From contig NC_058368.1 of assembly GCF_018350175.1 (NCBI RefSeq), positions 200,820,001 to 200,884,000 on the forward strand: a stretch of DNA of 64,000 nt, in the 5' to 3' direction. This DNA is from Felis catus (taxonomy: Eukaryota). The notes beneath the pieces were generated by a model. The model had not been told where the DNA came from, made no database searches, and was given only the letters and a program-made list of their open reading frames with translations. Within the stretch, counting starts at the first letter, position 1, and each line of letters begins with the position of its first letter. Below are positions 51,561 through 62,942 of this stretch, one piece after another. Position numbers and translations under genes: made by a program.

Positions 51561-52159
51561 ATGCTCAATCAGATTTTGCTTTCCTAGAACTGAGGATTCC
51601 CAGAGAAGGAGTTTACTTAGGACAAGTGTAATGGGAGCAGAGGGAAAGGAGAGAATAATTCAGGTATTCTGTAGTATTGATGCTGGGCACAAGGTTTGCC
51701 ATCTCCCATCCTTACTGTCAGACACGGGACATATAGATACACTGCATTACAACACCTCTGTGAATAATTCGAATGCATCACATTCATATATCAGGCACAT
51801 TTGCTGTAGCATGAACATCTAGCATGCTTCTAGATTCCAGGAGAAGTAAATGTCCTGGCAACACTTTATGTTCTCTCCACCCACATTCTTGGCCCCAAAC
51901 TCTATCAACTTAAAAAAATCACTCTTACAAGCATCAGTACCAGAGAGACTTTGCAAAAAAGTAATATATGAATGTTGGGCTGGATATAAGATGATGTTGA
52001 CACTAAAATTAAATTTCTTCTATCCCCTTTATTCCATAGGTGTTGGTTCTTAGTAAATATCTCATACTCTGAACTCCATCTCAGCATTTGCTTCTGGAGA
52101 TTCCAAACTATATAAAGAAATGTGGGGCAAATAGTGTACAATCTAATATGAAAAACCAG

Positions 52160-52570
52160 AATCAAGTTACTAATGGAGTGTCATAGCTGGAAGGAATTTA
52201 AGAAATTATGCTAGTCCAGTGTTTTCATTTAATGCAAAATAAAAAAGACCCGAAGAGGGCAAGTGAACTGCCCCAAGTGGCAGAGACTTTAAGTAGGAGA
52301 ATCCGTATTCTATGTAAGTAGGTCAATACGTTTAAATTATTGTGATTCTGAAATGTGAGTTTCAGGTTTTGGTGTGAGAAGTGAACCACATGAAAGGATA
52401 ATCAATTTTTAAAATTTAATCAATGTTGGAAACAACTGAAGAATTTCTACATAACACACTTGTAATAGATTATCTCAATGTGACAAAACTAGGGCTCAGA
52501 GAGGTTAAGTGTTATAGTGTAATTCACACAGCTATAAGTGGTATTATCAGGGGTTTAATCCAGTCTACAT
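52160..52570 (-). mobile_element. MIR/MIR3 fragments
   Basis: gtcatagctggaagga...ctagtccag...gggcaagtgaactgcccca and aaactagggctcagagaggttaagt. Confidence 0.55.
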
Positions 52571-52664
52571 CAGAGTACTTCCATTGTGGCAATCTGTAAC
52601 CTCAAAAGAACATGGGCTTATGAGCCATGAGTTAGAAAAATGACTGAGTAAGAAATCTACATTG

Positions 52665-52837
52665 TAGTGGTGTTCTTTAGACTTTAGGAGTGGGGAGCCC
52701 TGCAGAACTATTTTATCAGCGTATGATCCATATGGGCCAACTGCATCAAGATTGCTGGATATGGGGCATGGTAAAACACCTTTGATCGAGTGCCCCAGGG
52801 TGATTCTAATGCACACACTGAAGTTGGACAGCCACTG
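52665..52837. mobile_element. MER5A-like hAT-Charlie MITE, diverged
   Basis: ccccagggtgattctaatgcacacactgaagttggacagccactg is a MER5 terminus. Confidence 0.65.
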
Positions 52838-53149
52838 TTGTAGAAATCAATTTGTTAGCGTTGTTGAAAGGAGAGTTAAATCAATTCAAGTGATAGATTA
52901 TACATAGACATACTAATGTACCCATTACAGAGGGGCTTTAGTGGGTGTGAATGTCTTAATGGAGTTTCTAAAATGTTAGCATAGAATAGAAAAATTACTG
53001 TATTCATAGTTATAGCAGCCCATTCAAGCTCTCTCTTCCTCTCTGTTTTAGTGCTTGCTGACCTGACTTCCAGCCGTCAATGATTACTGGGTATATAACT
53101 CAGGTTATAGGTTGAATAACTTTGAGATATGCTTTCTACACTGACTTTC

Positions 53150-53365
53150 CTTGTTTTGTTGTTTATGTGTTTATTTTGAGAGAGCAAGACAGCCACAGCA
53201 TGAGTAGGGGAGAGGCAGAGAGAGGGAGAGAGAGACTCTCAAGCAGTATCCACACGCTGTCAGCACAGAGCCTGAAGTGGCTTGTGATCTCCCACATCGT
53301 GAGATCACGATCTGAGCCAAAGTCAAGAGTCAGATGCTTAACCGACTGAGCCATCTAGGCTCCCC
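53150..53365 (-). mobile_element. Can-SINE, older copy
   Basis: TSD tctacactgacttt (53135-53148) / tctacacggacctt (53366-53379). Confidence 0.93.
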
Positions 53366-53749
53366 TCTACACGGACCTTCAGACTCTCTCCAGTTGACCA
53401 AAGTGGTGGCTGGCTTGATAAACCAACTCATATTTTCTTTTTTTCTTTCTCAGTTTTATGATTTCTTTAAGTCCCAAGTAAATCACCTGAAGGATGTCTC
53501 TTAAAATGTCTAAGACTTAAAAAAAAAAGGAGCCCATTTTTAATACTCATATAAAGGAAATCTATAAACAAGGCCAAAGTTTAGTATAATTTGGAAAAAT
53601 TCTACTTAAATTTGGCATATATGGTATCAAATTTTGATCCATTTCTTTTTAATTAGTAATCCAGAGACATCATAATGAGTCCTTTTCTTTCTGTGAAAAC
53701 CAATCTCCTTAAAATAGTCAACATTTTGACTAAATTCTTAATATTGAAA

Positions 53750-53945
53750 AATTCTAATTCCTTATATCTATCTACATATATATATACACATATCTATATA
53801 TATATATTCTAATTCCATATATATGTATAAACTCCTATGTGGTGGTTTTAATTCTAATTCCATATATATTATATATGTAAATTCTAATTTCATACATATG
53901 TGAATAAATATATATGTATATATCAATTGCATATTTATATATATG
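53750..53945. repeat. AT-rich compound repeat with four attctaattYc units
   Basis: attctaatt(c/t)c at 53751, 53806, 53851 and 53881, separated by (TA)-rich spacers. Confidence 0.85.
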
Positions 53946-54479
53946 GACCCCAGTGTGTGGTTCTTTCATGAAGAGTCATATCATGGATGTCTGTGCTTCT
54001 GGTCCACTTTGAAATCTTAGAAAAAATTCAGTCAACCTGACTATAGATCTGCCAAAACAAAACATAGAAGTGAAATGGTGACATTTTAAATCCTATTATC
54101 TAGATGATTTGATACTAAAATAATTAGATTCCTGAAAGATTAGACAAGATAAAATATGACTGTATGAGATTTATATCACATTTCCAAAATGTTCCTTGTG
54201 TGTGTGTCAAAAATACAAACATATTAAACAGACTCTCACATGGTCACAGGCACACATGTGTACAGAGGGACAAAGGGCCATATAATCCTGGAAATACAAA
54301 TAGCACATTATCGCTAATTAAGTCTAAGTTTAGGTGTTTTGTCTGGGCTTTGAATTTGAACTATATAACAACAATGTAGCCCAAAATACATTTTGGATTC
54401 AATTCTGTAATTCATTGTCTTGCTAATTGGCAGTAAGATTTTGAACTCCTATTTAAAAATCAGGCTTTGTAAATGCCTA

Positions 54480-54630
54480 AGCCTCAATTGTGTATGCAAA
54501 TTTCACACATTTTCATACTGTGTGGAATAACTGCATATGCAAACAGGTAATTTGACAGTTAATGATTCATTTGCACGTGCAAACCCACAATTTTAACATA
54601 CAGATGCCAATTGGTACATGTAAATAATAT
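54480..54630. other. Octamer/palindrome-rich element, possibly an ancient amniote repeat (MER135/Eulor/UCON class)
   Basis: ATGCAAAT 54494-54501; TGCATATGCA 54532-54541; TTTGCACGTGCAAA 54570-54583; family assignment from memory only. Confidence 0.35.
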
Positions 54631-55400
54631 TCCATGTGGACTCTTTCTGCCTCCTCTCTGTTCTCTTTTTAAAGAAACCAACACTTTAAGTAGTTTATGA
54701 TTCTATTATTGTTACAGAAAATCTGCTAATATTCCTGGAATACTCAGGTAGGGAAATATTTTAAGATTTTAATGTGTTTGAAAGAAATACTCCTATTTGC
54801 CCATTTGATCTTCGAGAAAATAAGTTTTGGTCATTTTAGTTCCAAACTTCTCAGATCCACTATATATTCATGTGATAGCGGTGTATGTTTGATTAGAAAT
54901 ATAAAATCATGACACAGCTGATTCCATATTTATCATCTTAACACTTTTCAACCTGAAATAACATAAAAGCTTTTTTCTTCAAAAGACCAATATTTAAAGG
55001 GTGTTGATTTATGTAAATCAATAATTTATCAACTTGCTGTCTTTCGTTGCTGCCAGCCAGATGCTTCTCGCTTTGCTCGGCCAGACAATGTCAGCTGCAA
55101 CACATAATGGCCTCTGCTTCATGTAGAAATAAGAGCATAAATATTTTAAAAATCCTGCTACAGGAAGTAAGGAGGGTTTGGGTGGGGGTGAGAGATTTTA
55201 CTGGTTTATTGTGAGAGGAGAACAAGTCTACATATTTTATGGGTTGGTTTTATCAGAAGTGGAGGCAGGGACGTCTCTCAGCCTGATTTTTATCTCCTAA
55301 CAAGGCTGACAGACCAAAGTCTTTTCATAGCAATTTGTTGAAGACATCTGGTGAAGCTTTCTAGGGGATGAACACACTGCAGAGTGTTCCTCGGGTATCA

Positions 55401-55414
55401 GTTGGCATGGCAAC
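55401..55414. promoter_or_regulatory. Near-perfect RFX X-box motif
   Basis: GTTGGCATGGCAAC, one mismatch to the palindrome GTTGCCATGGCAAC; motif only. Confidence 0.35.
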
Positions 55415-58400
55415 CAGTAAAAGACTATTCAACATCAGTAGGTTTCAAAAAGGTTGAGGCCTAGTTGAAAATCCATTTGGGCTTCTACCTGCAAAATTCT
55501 TTTGAAAATGCACTAAATCTTTCCTTAGGGCTCTAGAGACTGAACCAATATGTACAACCGTGGCACCTTCAATCTTAAATAATTTTCAAAACATGGGATT
55601 AATGATTCCAGTCACCAGAGGTATTACAGAAGATCTGGAATTACTGGCACTGTGCTGGAGAGGATATTTGTAGAAATATGGTTGTTGTTTCCTTTTGTGT
55701 CTTATCACACAGGAAACAAAAGTGTGACTTTGAAATATCTATAAATTCTCAGTTAATAGGGTCAAATAAATGAAAGAAAATCTTTTACGTTATTTGTAAA
55801 ATCAAATACATTTATCCGAAGGAACTTAATATGATTTTTAAATGCTGAAAGTAAAAAATTTACTTAAAAATATTTGTGCCCTCAGGATGTTTTAATATAG
55901 AGATTTATTTTTAAAGTTACTATTTTATGTTAGAGTATTCTTCTCATGATATTGTCATAAACCAGTTTAAGAAATATGTTTTGCTGTCAATTAAGTTTTA
56001 ACTATTTGAAAGTCAAACACTAACGAGGTCTTTGCTGGTATACATACAATTTTTATGAAGTGTTAACTCAGCTGATGTAACATCAAAATATTAAAATAAA
56101 AAGTTCCCGTGTTATTTTATCCAAAATACTTGTATTGTATTGTATTGTAGATTTAAGCTAGGATTCTAGAATTAAGTGAGGGGGAAAAATGGAAGAAATT
56201 TCTACAGACATGCCCTAAACTACATAGCATGAAAAAAAAATGTATCACAATGTGCTTCATCATTGTCCTGCCATAAATTAGAATTTAAGTATTTCATTTA
56301 AATTATCCATTCAACAGAAGGTAGTCATCAAGTTTATTTTAAAATAAATGAATGCTAACTAAAACTCAATTAATAATGTTGTTCTTGAATGATTGGATTT
56401 CCAATGGCCCATAAAAATTGTGCACTGGAGCCCAACAACGACCACCACTATCATCACCACAATATTTAAAACAGATCTATATCAATGTCAAGTAACACTA
56501 GTGCTATTCTCTTCCCAACTTTAGAGACAGTGTGAGAATTAATGACACGACCCAAGAAGCTTTGGTAGTTGTTTGAAATCATGCCATGAGGCATATTCGA
56601 GGAAGGATTTCTTTGTATAATATAGGAATAATTGTGGCTATGCTATATTACATTTGATTGCTTTAGAGGTAATGGAAATATTTGCAAGTGATGATCCAGT
56701 CTGCTATCAGAGACAAGAATCCAAAGGATCTGGATATTTGTTCCAGTTCCAACCCTGATCTTCAGAATGACAGAGGACCTCTTCCTCTTTCCACTCTTTT
56801 AAATTCCCTCTCAAGAAAATAGGAGAAAGAAAGCTAGCCTTGCTTCTTCTACTGAATTGTGGTAAAGATGGTAATTTCTATGTGACAGGGTTTGAAAAGT
56901 ATAGAATTCTAAGTATAATTGTCATTGTTACTAATAAAGTAAGGCATGCATAAGATTTAAAATTTGGGGGGAAAAGGTAATATAATCACATAATATCATC
57001 TGAGACATTTAGGAATTAAGTACTTTTATAGCTTCCCCAGTGAGGATTGAAGAACAACTCTTTTTTCCCCCTGGGTCTAGAAGCAAAATGTGTTTCCTCA
57101 GCATGTTTTGTCTTACTTGCTCACTCTCTCCTTCTCTCATTCTCATCTCTAACTTCTTGAAAATTTCCCAGGTAACTACTGGCTACTGTGCCATGACTAC
57201 ATGGGAGCTAGACCAGGAGTCTTGCTCAGTCTCTGAAGTCCATTGATGGGGGGCCCCTTTCTTTACAGTTGGGCAGTGCAAGGTGCCAAAATACTGTCCA
57301 GTACCAATGAGGAAACTGAGGCTGAATGAAGTTAATTCAAAATTATAATGGTTATGAAGGAATTTAAATCTGCTTCTGTCTCCAATCTTATATATATTTA
57401 GGCAAATCAGAAGAGCCAGAGAAGAGGCTTTTTCTTTCATATGTGTTCAAATAAACAATGAATGTTATCTATGAGTCAATGAATAATTTATGGGTAAACA
57501 GAAGAAATCTGTTCTGACTTTAGGCTCTTAGTCCCCCAAACAGATACTACAAAGCAAGTCTTAACTGTTCCATGAATTCTAGTCTTTAGAAATTTAAGAG
57601 GTAACAGGTCATTGATGCTAGAAAGACCACAAAACTCTCAAGTTAATCTTACATGGCTGTGTGAAGGTTGGTCTGTGCCTACGCCTTCTGCTATGAATAC
57701 TTAACCCAATGAACACTGGCAATAAATGGCACACAAAGCTTTAGTTCTTCTGCTTTATCCCACTCCTCATGTGCCAGCATTCAGTAATTGTGCTACCCCT
57801 GCCCTCCAGCAGATGGATTCTTCTGGAACCTTTTGACACAAGACCTTCAGATTGGCGGACTGAGGGACAAAAGGTGGAAAGAAATAGGCAATCAGCATGA
57901 CATATGAACGGAATTTAAATGGATTAGAATAAATTTTTAATTAGAACATATGTTGAATACATGGCCCCAGGGAACTGACTTTTGTGTTTCATGTCTTGCT
58001 AAACTTGTTTTAGATATTACTGAAAGACTGAGTTTATCACCAAGATGGAGAAGTTCCAAAAGTTGAAAAGTTAAGCTGAACTTCCTTCTAATCATTTTTC
58101 AGGATGCCAGGAATATCCAGTTGCAAACCACAAGTGTAGCTCCCCACTAAAAATTTGGGTGGAAGAGAAATTTGTACCCCAGACTGATATGTATTCCATT
58201 ACAGGCTGAGCCTTCACATGTATTTATTGTTCCAGCATGGCTTCAGCCGCCATATGTATAGGACTACCTAAATGCTCCAAGCCTAGACCTGAAGATTTAG
58301 TTTGCACCTCAGTCTGCCCACCTCTCCCTCCATAATCTTTAGTCTAGAAAATAGCAACATCATCTGCTCAGAATTTAGCAGTTTAGACCACCCATAAAAT

Positions 58401-59570
58401 GCTTTTAGTACAGATAACTAAAAAATGCAAGGGGGAGGACAGAAGTCAGCATGGTCAAAAGCACACCAAGGTCAACAAATTATAAAAAGGAGAGATATTG
58501 TGTTATGATGGTCTCAGGATGAGTCAGGAACCAGACCCTCGAAAACCCAATGATGACGAGGATCGTATAAGAAAATAGTAATCCCTTAGGTAGCCATGTG
58601 AACAGGGATGCAATATCATTTAGGAGAGGATTTGGGGGAGGCTGGGGCTGTCACATAAGCATATGGGTGCCCAGCAGATATGTGGAAATATGGAGATAGC
58701 ATGTTTACCGCCTACGGTGTGCATCACGACAAACAAAATCAGCAATTTTTGGAAGTTTTCACAGAACATAAAGATTCAAGAATGGACAAGTTTACCCAGA
58801 GAAATAAGAAGGACAATCCGAATAGAGGGACCAGGGTTTCACAAGCCTGAAGATGACATGGTGTTCGGATAGTTTGCTCTTACTGGGGTAAAATTATTAT
58901 AACATAGATTAGTTTTTTACTCCTGAGACGTGGAAAGGCATGCACTAAAGAGCATATTTAATGAAATATTCTTGGGTGATTTTTTTATATTTGACTTGAA
59001 AAGTGCCCCTCGCTATGGAACTGTAACAGTTAACTCAAATGATTTTTATGCAGGGAAAATAAAGCTGTAAAATTCTTGATGAAGAAAAGTGGCATGGGAT
59101 GGTGGAGAGAGTAATCCCCAAGTTGACCTCCAGCTCCTCTCTGCAGAGAACTCATTCGGATAGTTCATGGCCCTAAGGCTTAGGTTCCCTGTTTATAAAA
59201 GTAGCTCAAAGATCCTGCTCATCTCTCTAAAATTTCTACACCATAGATGTTTTAATTGGGCTGAGTTTTTGGTAACGATTTGGGACCATATCCATATTTC
59301 TCCTTAATCATTTATTAACTAAGTAATTAGTCATCACTCTAAGTGAGAGTATTCTATATATTTCAACTTGAGGAAAACATATTCCAATGAAGTAATTAAC
59401 TTTAATGCTGATATTTGCTTTAGGGTTGCACATTTTTCTACATTTACAGGAGAATCTCTGCACTAGAAAATAACTCATTTCCTAATTCTTTTTTGAGTTC
59501 AAAATTTGATTAACTTGATTTACTTTTTGTGGAATGTACATGGGTTAATGTTCCCTTCCAGCCAAATCAG

Positions 59571-59625
59571 ACACACACACACACACACACACACACACAT
59601 CACACATATATGCACCATACACACA
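59571..59625. repeat. (CA)n microsatellite
   Basis: About 14 perfect AC units followed by degenerate CA/TA. Confidence 0.95.
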
Positions 59626-60009
59626 TGAATATATTGATTAGAAGCCTCAACATCCTTATCACAAAAGTGAAAGAAGATCATAGGCCTGAAATTGAAATTA
59701 AATCCTGGATGGTCATTAGAATCTAACAATGAAGAATATGACCCCATCACACTTTTATAAACTAGGACAGTGTTAACTGGCTTAGTGTCTCATCAGAACT
59801 AGAGATTCAGAGTTTTACCACAGTATTGACTGCCTTAAATTCCAATGAGCAGTACCAAGATTGGGTTTAACAGTATAGCTCTCTTGTTTGGCTTGTCGCT
59901 AATTTAAAAATTTGAAATAGGTTCTTTATACAGTCATACTCTTCAAATGCAGAGAACACATGAGAAAAAAAATGAACAGGCTTTTACCTATTTACCTGTT
60001 GATTACCTT

Positions 60010-60490
60010 TAATCAACAAACTTTTATTAGGTACCAAGTATGTTATCGTTGTACCAAGAGCTGGGAATATAGAAATAAATAAAATCATGAAGGCCTCTCC
60101 TCTCAGAGACATTCATTGCTCAGGGCTGTGTGGAGGAGGGGCACACACTGACTGCAGCACAATGTCCCAAGTGCTAAGGGAGCATGAAATAGGAAGTTAT
60201 CTGTTCTGTCTGAGAGGTCAGGGAAAGGTTACACAGAGGAAGTGATATTTGAGCTGCAATTTAAAGGATGGATGGGTCTTAGTTGGATGGAAAAGGGGCA
60301 GGGGGAAGGGAATTCCAGGAAAAGGAAAAGACAATTGACCAGAGAGCATATACACCTTTTTGGGGGGAAAGAATATGAAATAATTTGAAGATGTATTCTA
60401 GAATGTAAATTTAGAAAAGCAGTCTGTGACTTTGTTGTTCAGAACATTGAATGCCATGCATGGACTCTAAAATTTATTCTGTAGAAAATG
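60010..60490 (-). mobile_element. L2 3' fragment
   Basis: tcaacaaacttttattaggtaccaagtatg...tcagggaaaggttacacagaggaagtgatatttgagctg. Confidence 0.7.
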
Positions 60491-60496
60491 AGGAGA

Positions 60497-60723
60497 GGGG
60501 CGCCTGGGTGGCGCAGTCGGTTAAGCGTCCGACTTCAGCCAGGTCACGATCTCGCGGTCCGTGAGTTCGAGCCCCGCGTCAGGCTCTGGGCTGATGGCTC
60601 AGAGCCTGGAGTCTGTTTCCGATTCTGTGTCTCCCTCTCTCTCTGCCCCTCCCCCGTTCATACTCTGTCTCTCTCTGTCCCAAAAATAAATAAATGTTAA
60701 AAAAAAAATTAAAAAAAAAAAAA
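60497..60723 (+). mobile_element. Can-SINE, young subfamily
   Basis: Perfect TSD agaaaatgaggaga (60483-60496, 60724-60737); CpGs intact, long A tail. Confidence 0.97.
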
Positions 60724-61189
60724 AGAAAATGAGGAGAGTGGGTGAAAATAGCTAGCCAGTCAACAAGCCCGTTAAGCTTCAAAGGAAGAAGACTTGAACC
60801 AAGAGTTTCTCTCTGCACTTTAATTTGAAGTCATCATCTGAAGAACAGGAACACTGGAGAAGGCATTGGGAAGAACATTAAATCCTCCAGGATGAGGTTG
60901 GCTTATATTCCTTAGTCTTTCATTTATTAAATGTTTACTGAACAATGCACTAGAGAGTGGGGGAAAGTTGGATTAAAAAAAAAAAAAAGTCAGTAGCTCT
61001 TTTCATCTTAAAGGGATGTCCTTAAAGGGATGTCCCAGAAGTGAGGAAGGGGATGGAATAGAGACATGATGTGCCATGACAGTGATGTACAGAATATTAT
61101 GGGAAATATACGTACCCTTGATCCATTGGAGAAGTTTCTCTGGAAAAGATAATCCTAGAGCTAAATCAGAATTGATGAATGAGAATTAA

Positions 61190-61490
61190 CCACTTAAAAT
61201 CTGTGGCCCTGAGCCACATTTAATTTCTCTGGGTCTCAATTTTCTCATTTATAAGGAGAGGGCATGAAACTGGAGTGGTGATTCTCAACCCTGACTGCAC
61301 ATTAGAATCACCTGGGGAGATTTTAAAACCACCAATGCCTAGGACCCACTGCAAGCTAATAGTAAATCAGTGTCTTTGGGAGTGGGGCTCAAGCCTTGGT
61401 GATTATTTAAAGCTCCCCAGGTGATTCTAATGTGCAGCCAGGGTTGAGGATGACCAAATGAGATGATCTCTGAGGCCACCCTCATTTGTG
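61190..61490 (+). mobile_element. MIR3-like SINE split by MER5B
   Basis: tttaatttctctgggtctcaattttctcatttataag...[MITE]...agatgatctctgaggcc. Confidence 0.6.
61276..61456. mobile_element. MER5B-like hAT-Charlie MITE, full length
   Basis: ttctcaaccctgactgcacattagaatcacctggggag...ctccccaggtgattctaatgtgcagccagggttgag; arms 35/36 complementary. Confidence 0.9.
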
Positions 61491-61665
61491 GCCAGCACAG
61501 GTAGTGATTGCAAAAAGCAGATAATTTGTTCAACAATGTCTTCCAGCCTGTTAGCACTTCCATTCCTGCACCTCAAACCCAGTGTCCTCGTGCTATCCAG
61601 GAAGCACCAGTAAGACACTTACTCTTACCTTGGAAGTACTCTGTACCAAAGATTTTTCTCCATTT

Positions 61666-61668
<3 letters not shown>

Positions 61669-61704
<36 letters not shown>

Positions 61705-61713
61705 GGGGGGGGG
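61669..61713. repeat. (AT)n microsatellite abutting a poly-G run
   Basis: About 17 AT units, then ggggggggggg. Confidence 0.95.
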
Positions 61714-62172
61714 TGTCTCACATACAACTTTATCAGAGTGGTCTTCTTTTTGGATTGTTTCTTAACAAAGATCTTTCTCAGTTTACTTATTACCATTTCC
61801 TCCCTTCATAATCCTCAATTTTAAGCAAAAAGTTCTCTTGGCTGACCCCTAATTGCTCTTCTCTAGAACTGAATTTTTGTTTATAAAACTTTACATGTAC
61901 TCAGTCCCCTTCCTACATGGAAAGGGGACTTCCCCTAGGTTGGGAAAAATTTTATCTATTTTTCCCAACCTAGTTCACTCACCTTTTACTATTTTTATGA
62001 AGTCTGTTTTCCTGAATTCATATCACTCTTGTCCAGTAATATTTGCATAACTCATTTATTTTATAATCAACATCATAATTAATTATTCTTTTCATAAAAT
62101 CAATTTAATAATTAATTATCATTTTCCCCATGATATATCTTATTATTCTCCAAACTACTATTCAAAATTTCC

Positions 62173-62291
62173 ATCAATATTTATCTGGGAAGGATTAAAT
62201 AGGAAATAAAATTAAGAAATTATGTAGATATTGAAATCAATATTTATTTGGGAAGGATTAAATAGGAAATAAAATTAAGAAATTATGTAGA
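62173..62291. repeat. 56-bp direct duplication with 7-bp spacer
   Basis: 62173-62228 and 62236-62291 identical except one C/T. Confidence 0.97.
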
Positions 62292-62784
62292 AAATTATAT
62301 AGAAAATTTAGTTTAGTTTGATTACATAAAAGGGTGAAAGAACTTTTAAGATGTCAGAAGCTACAAAACTATAATTTATTTATTTACCCTTTCATTCATT
62401 TACTTGATATCTATTCATCAAGGACCTACAATGTGCTGGTCTTCTTTGAAGTGTTGGAGATTTTGAGAAAAATCACATGGATTTGTGAATTTTATTGGGA
62501 AGAACAGATGATACACAACATTTTCCATTTTCTCATTCTTGGAAATTTAAGACCGTATTATTCTTTTTCAAAGAAAAAACTAAATTGACTTATGATTATA
62601 GCAGTACCAAGAAACCAGGACAACTCTGCTGGGGCTTCCGATTGGTCATTCCTATTCCTTATCATACATCTGGAACTTTCCTCAATTTGTGCATAGAAGG
62701 AGTTCTGTCACATTTGATTAATATTTTGTAATAGCATTATGTTTATTTTTGTAAGAGAAGTAACTTTAATATCTTAAAATTTAT

Positions 62785-62907
62785 GGTATATATATGTGTG
62801 TGTATATATATGTATATATATAGGTATATATAGGTATATATATATATGATATAATGTCTTAAAATTTATTATATATATACACACATGCACATACACACAC
62901 ACACACA

Positions 62908-62942
<35 letters not shown>
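62785..62942. repeat. Compound microsatellite (TA)n/(TG)n ... (AC)n(GT)n
   Basis: Read directly; (AC)9 at 62893-62910 abuts (GT)15 at 62911-62940. Confidence 0.95.

Noticed and set aside
55600..55670. Possible L3/CR1 3' fragment
   Set aside because: Similarity is too short and diverged to support by eye.
58440..58870. Purine-rich unique stretch as a possible numt, pseudogene or exon
   Set aside because: No recognisable mitochondrial or protein similarity in any frame; only short ORFs.
2824..60818. Family of similar short ORFs (GAPGWRSRLSVRLQPGHDLAVREFEPRV..., RETEHERGRGRERGRHRIGNRLQALSHQPRA, MAQSVKRPTSAQV...)
   Set aside because: These are translations of Can-SINE copies in various frames, not a gene family.
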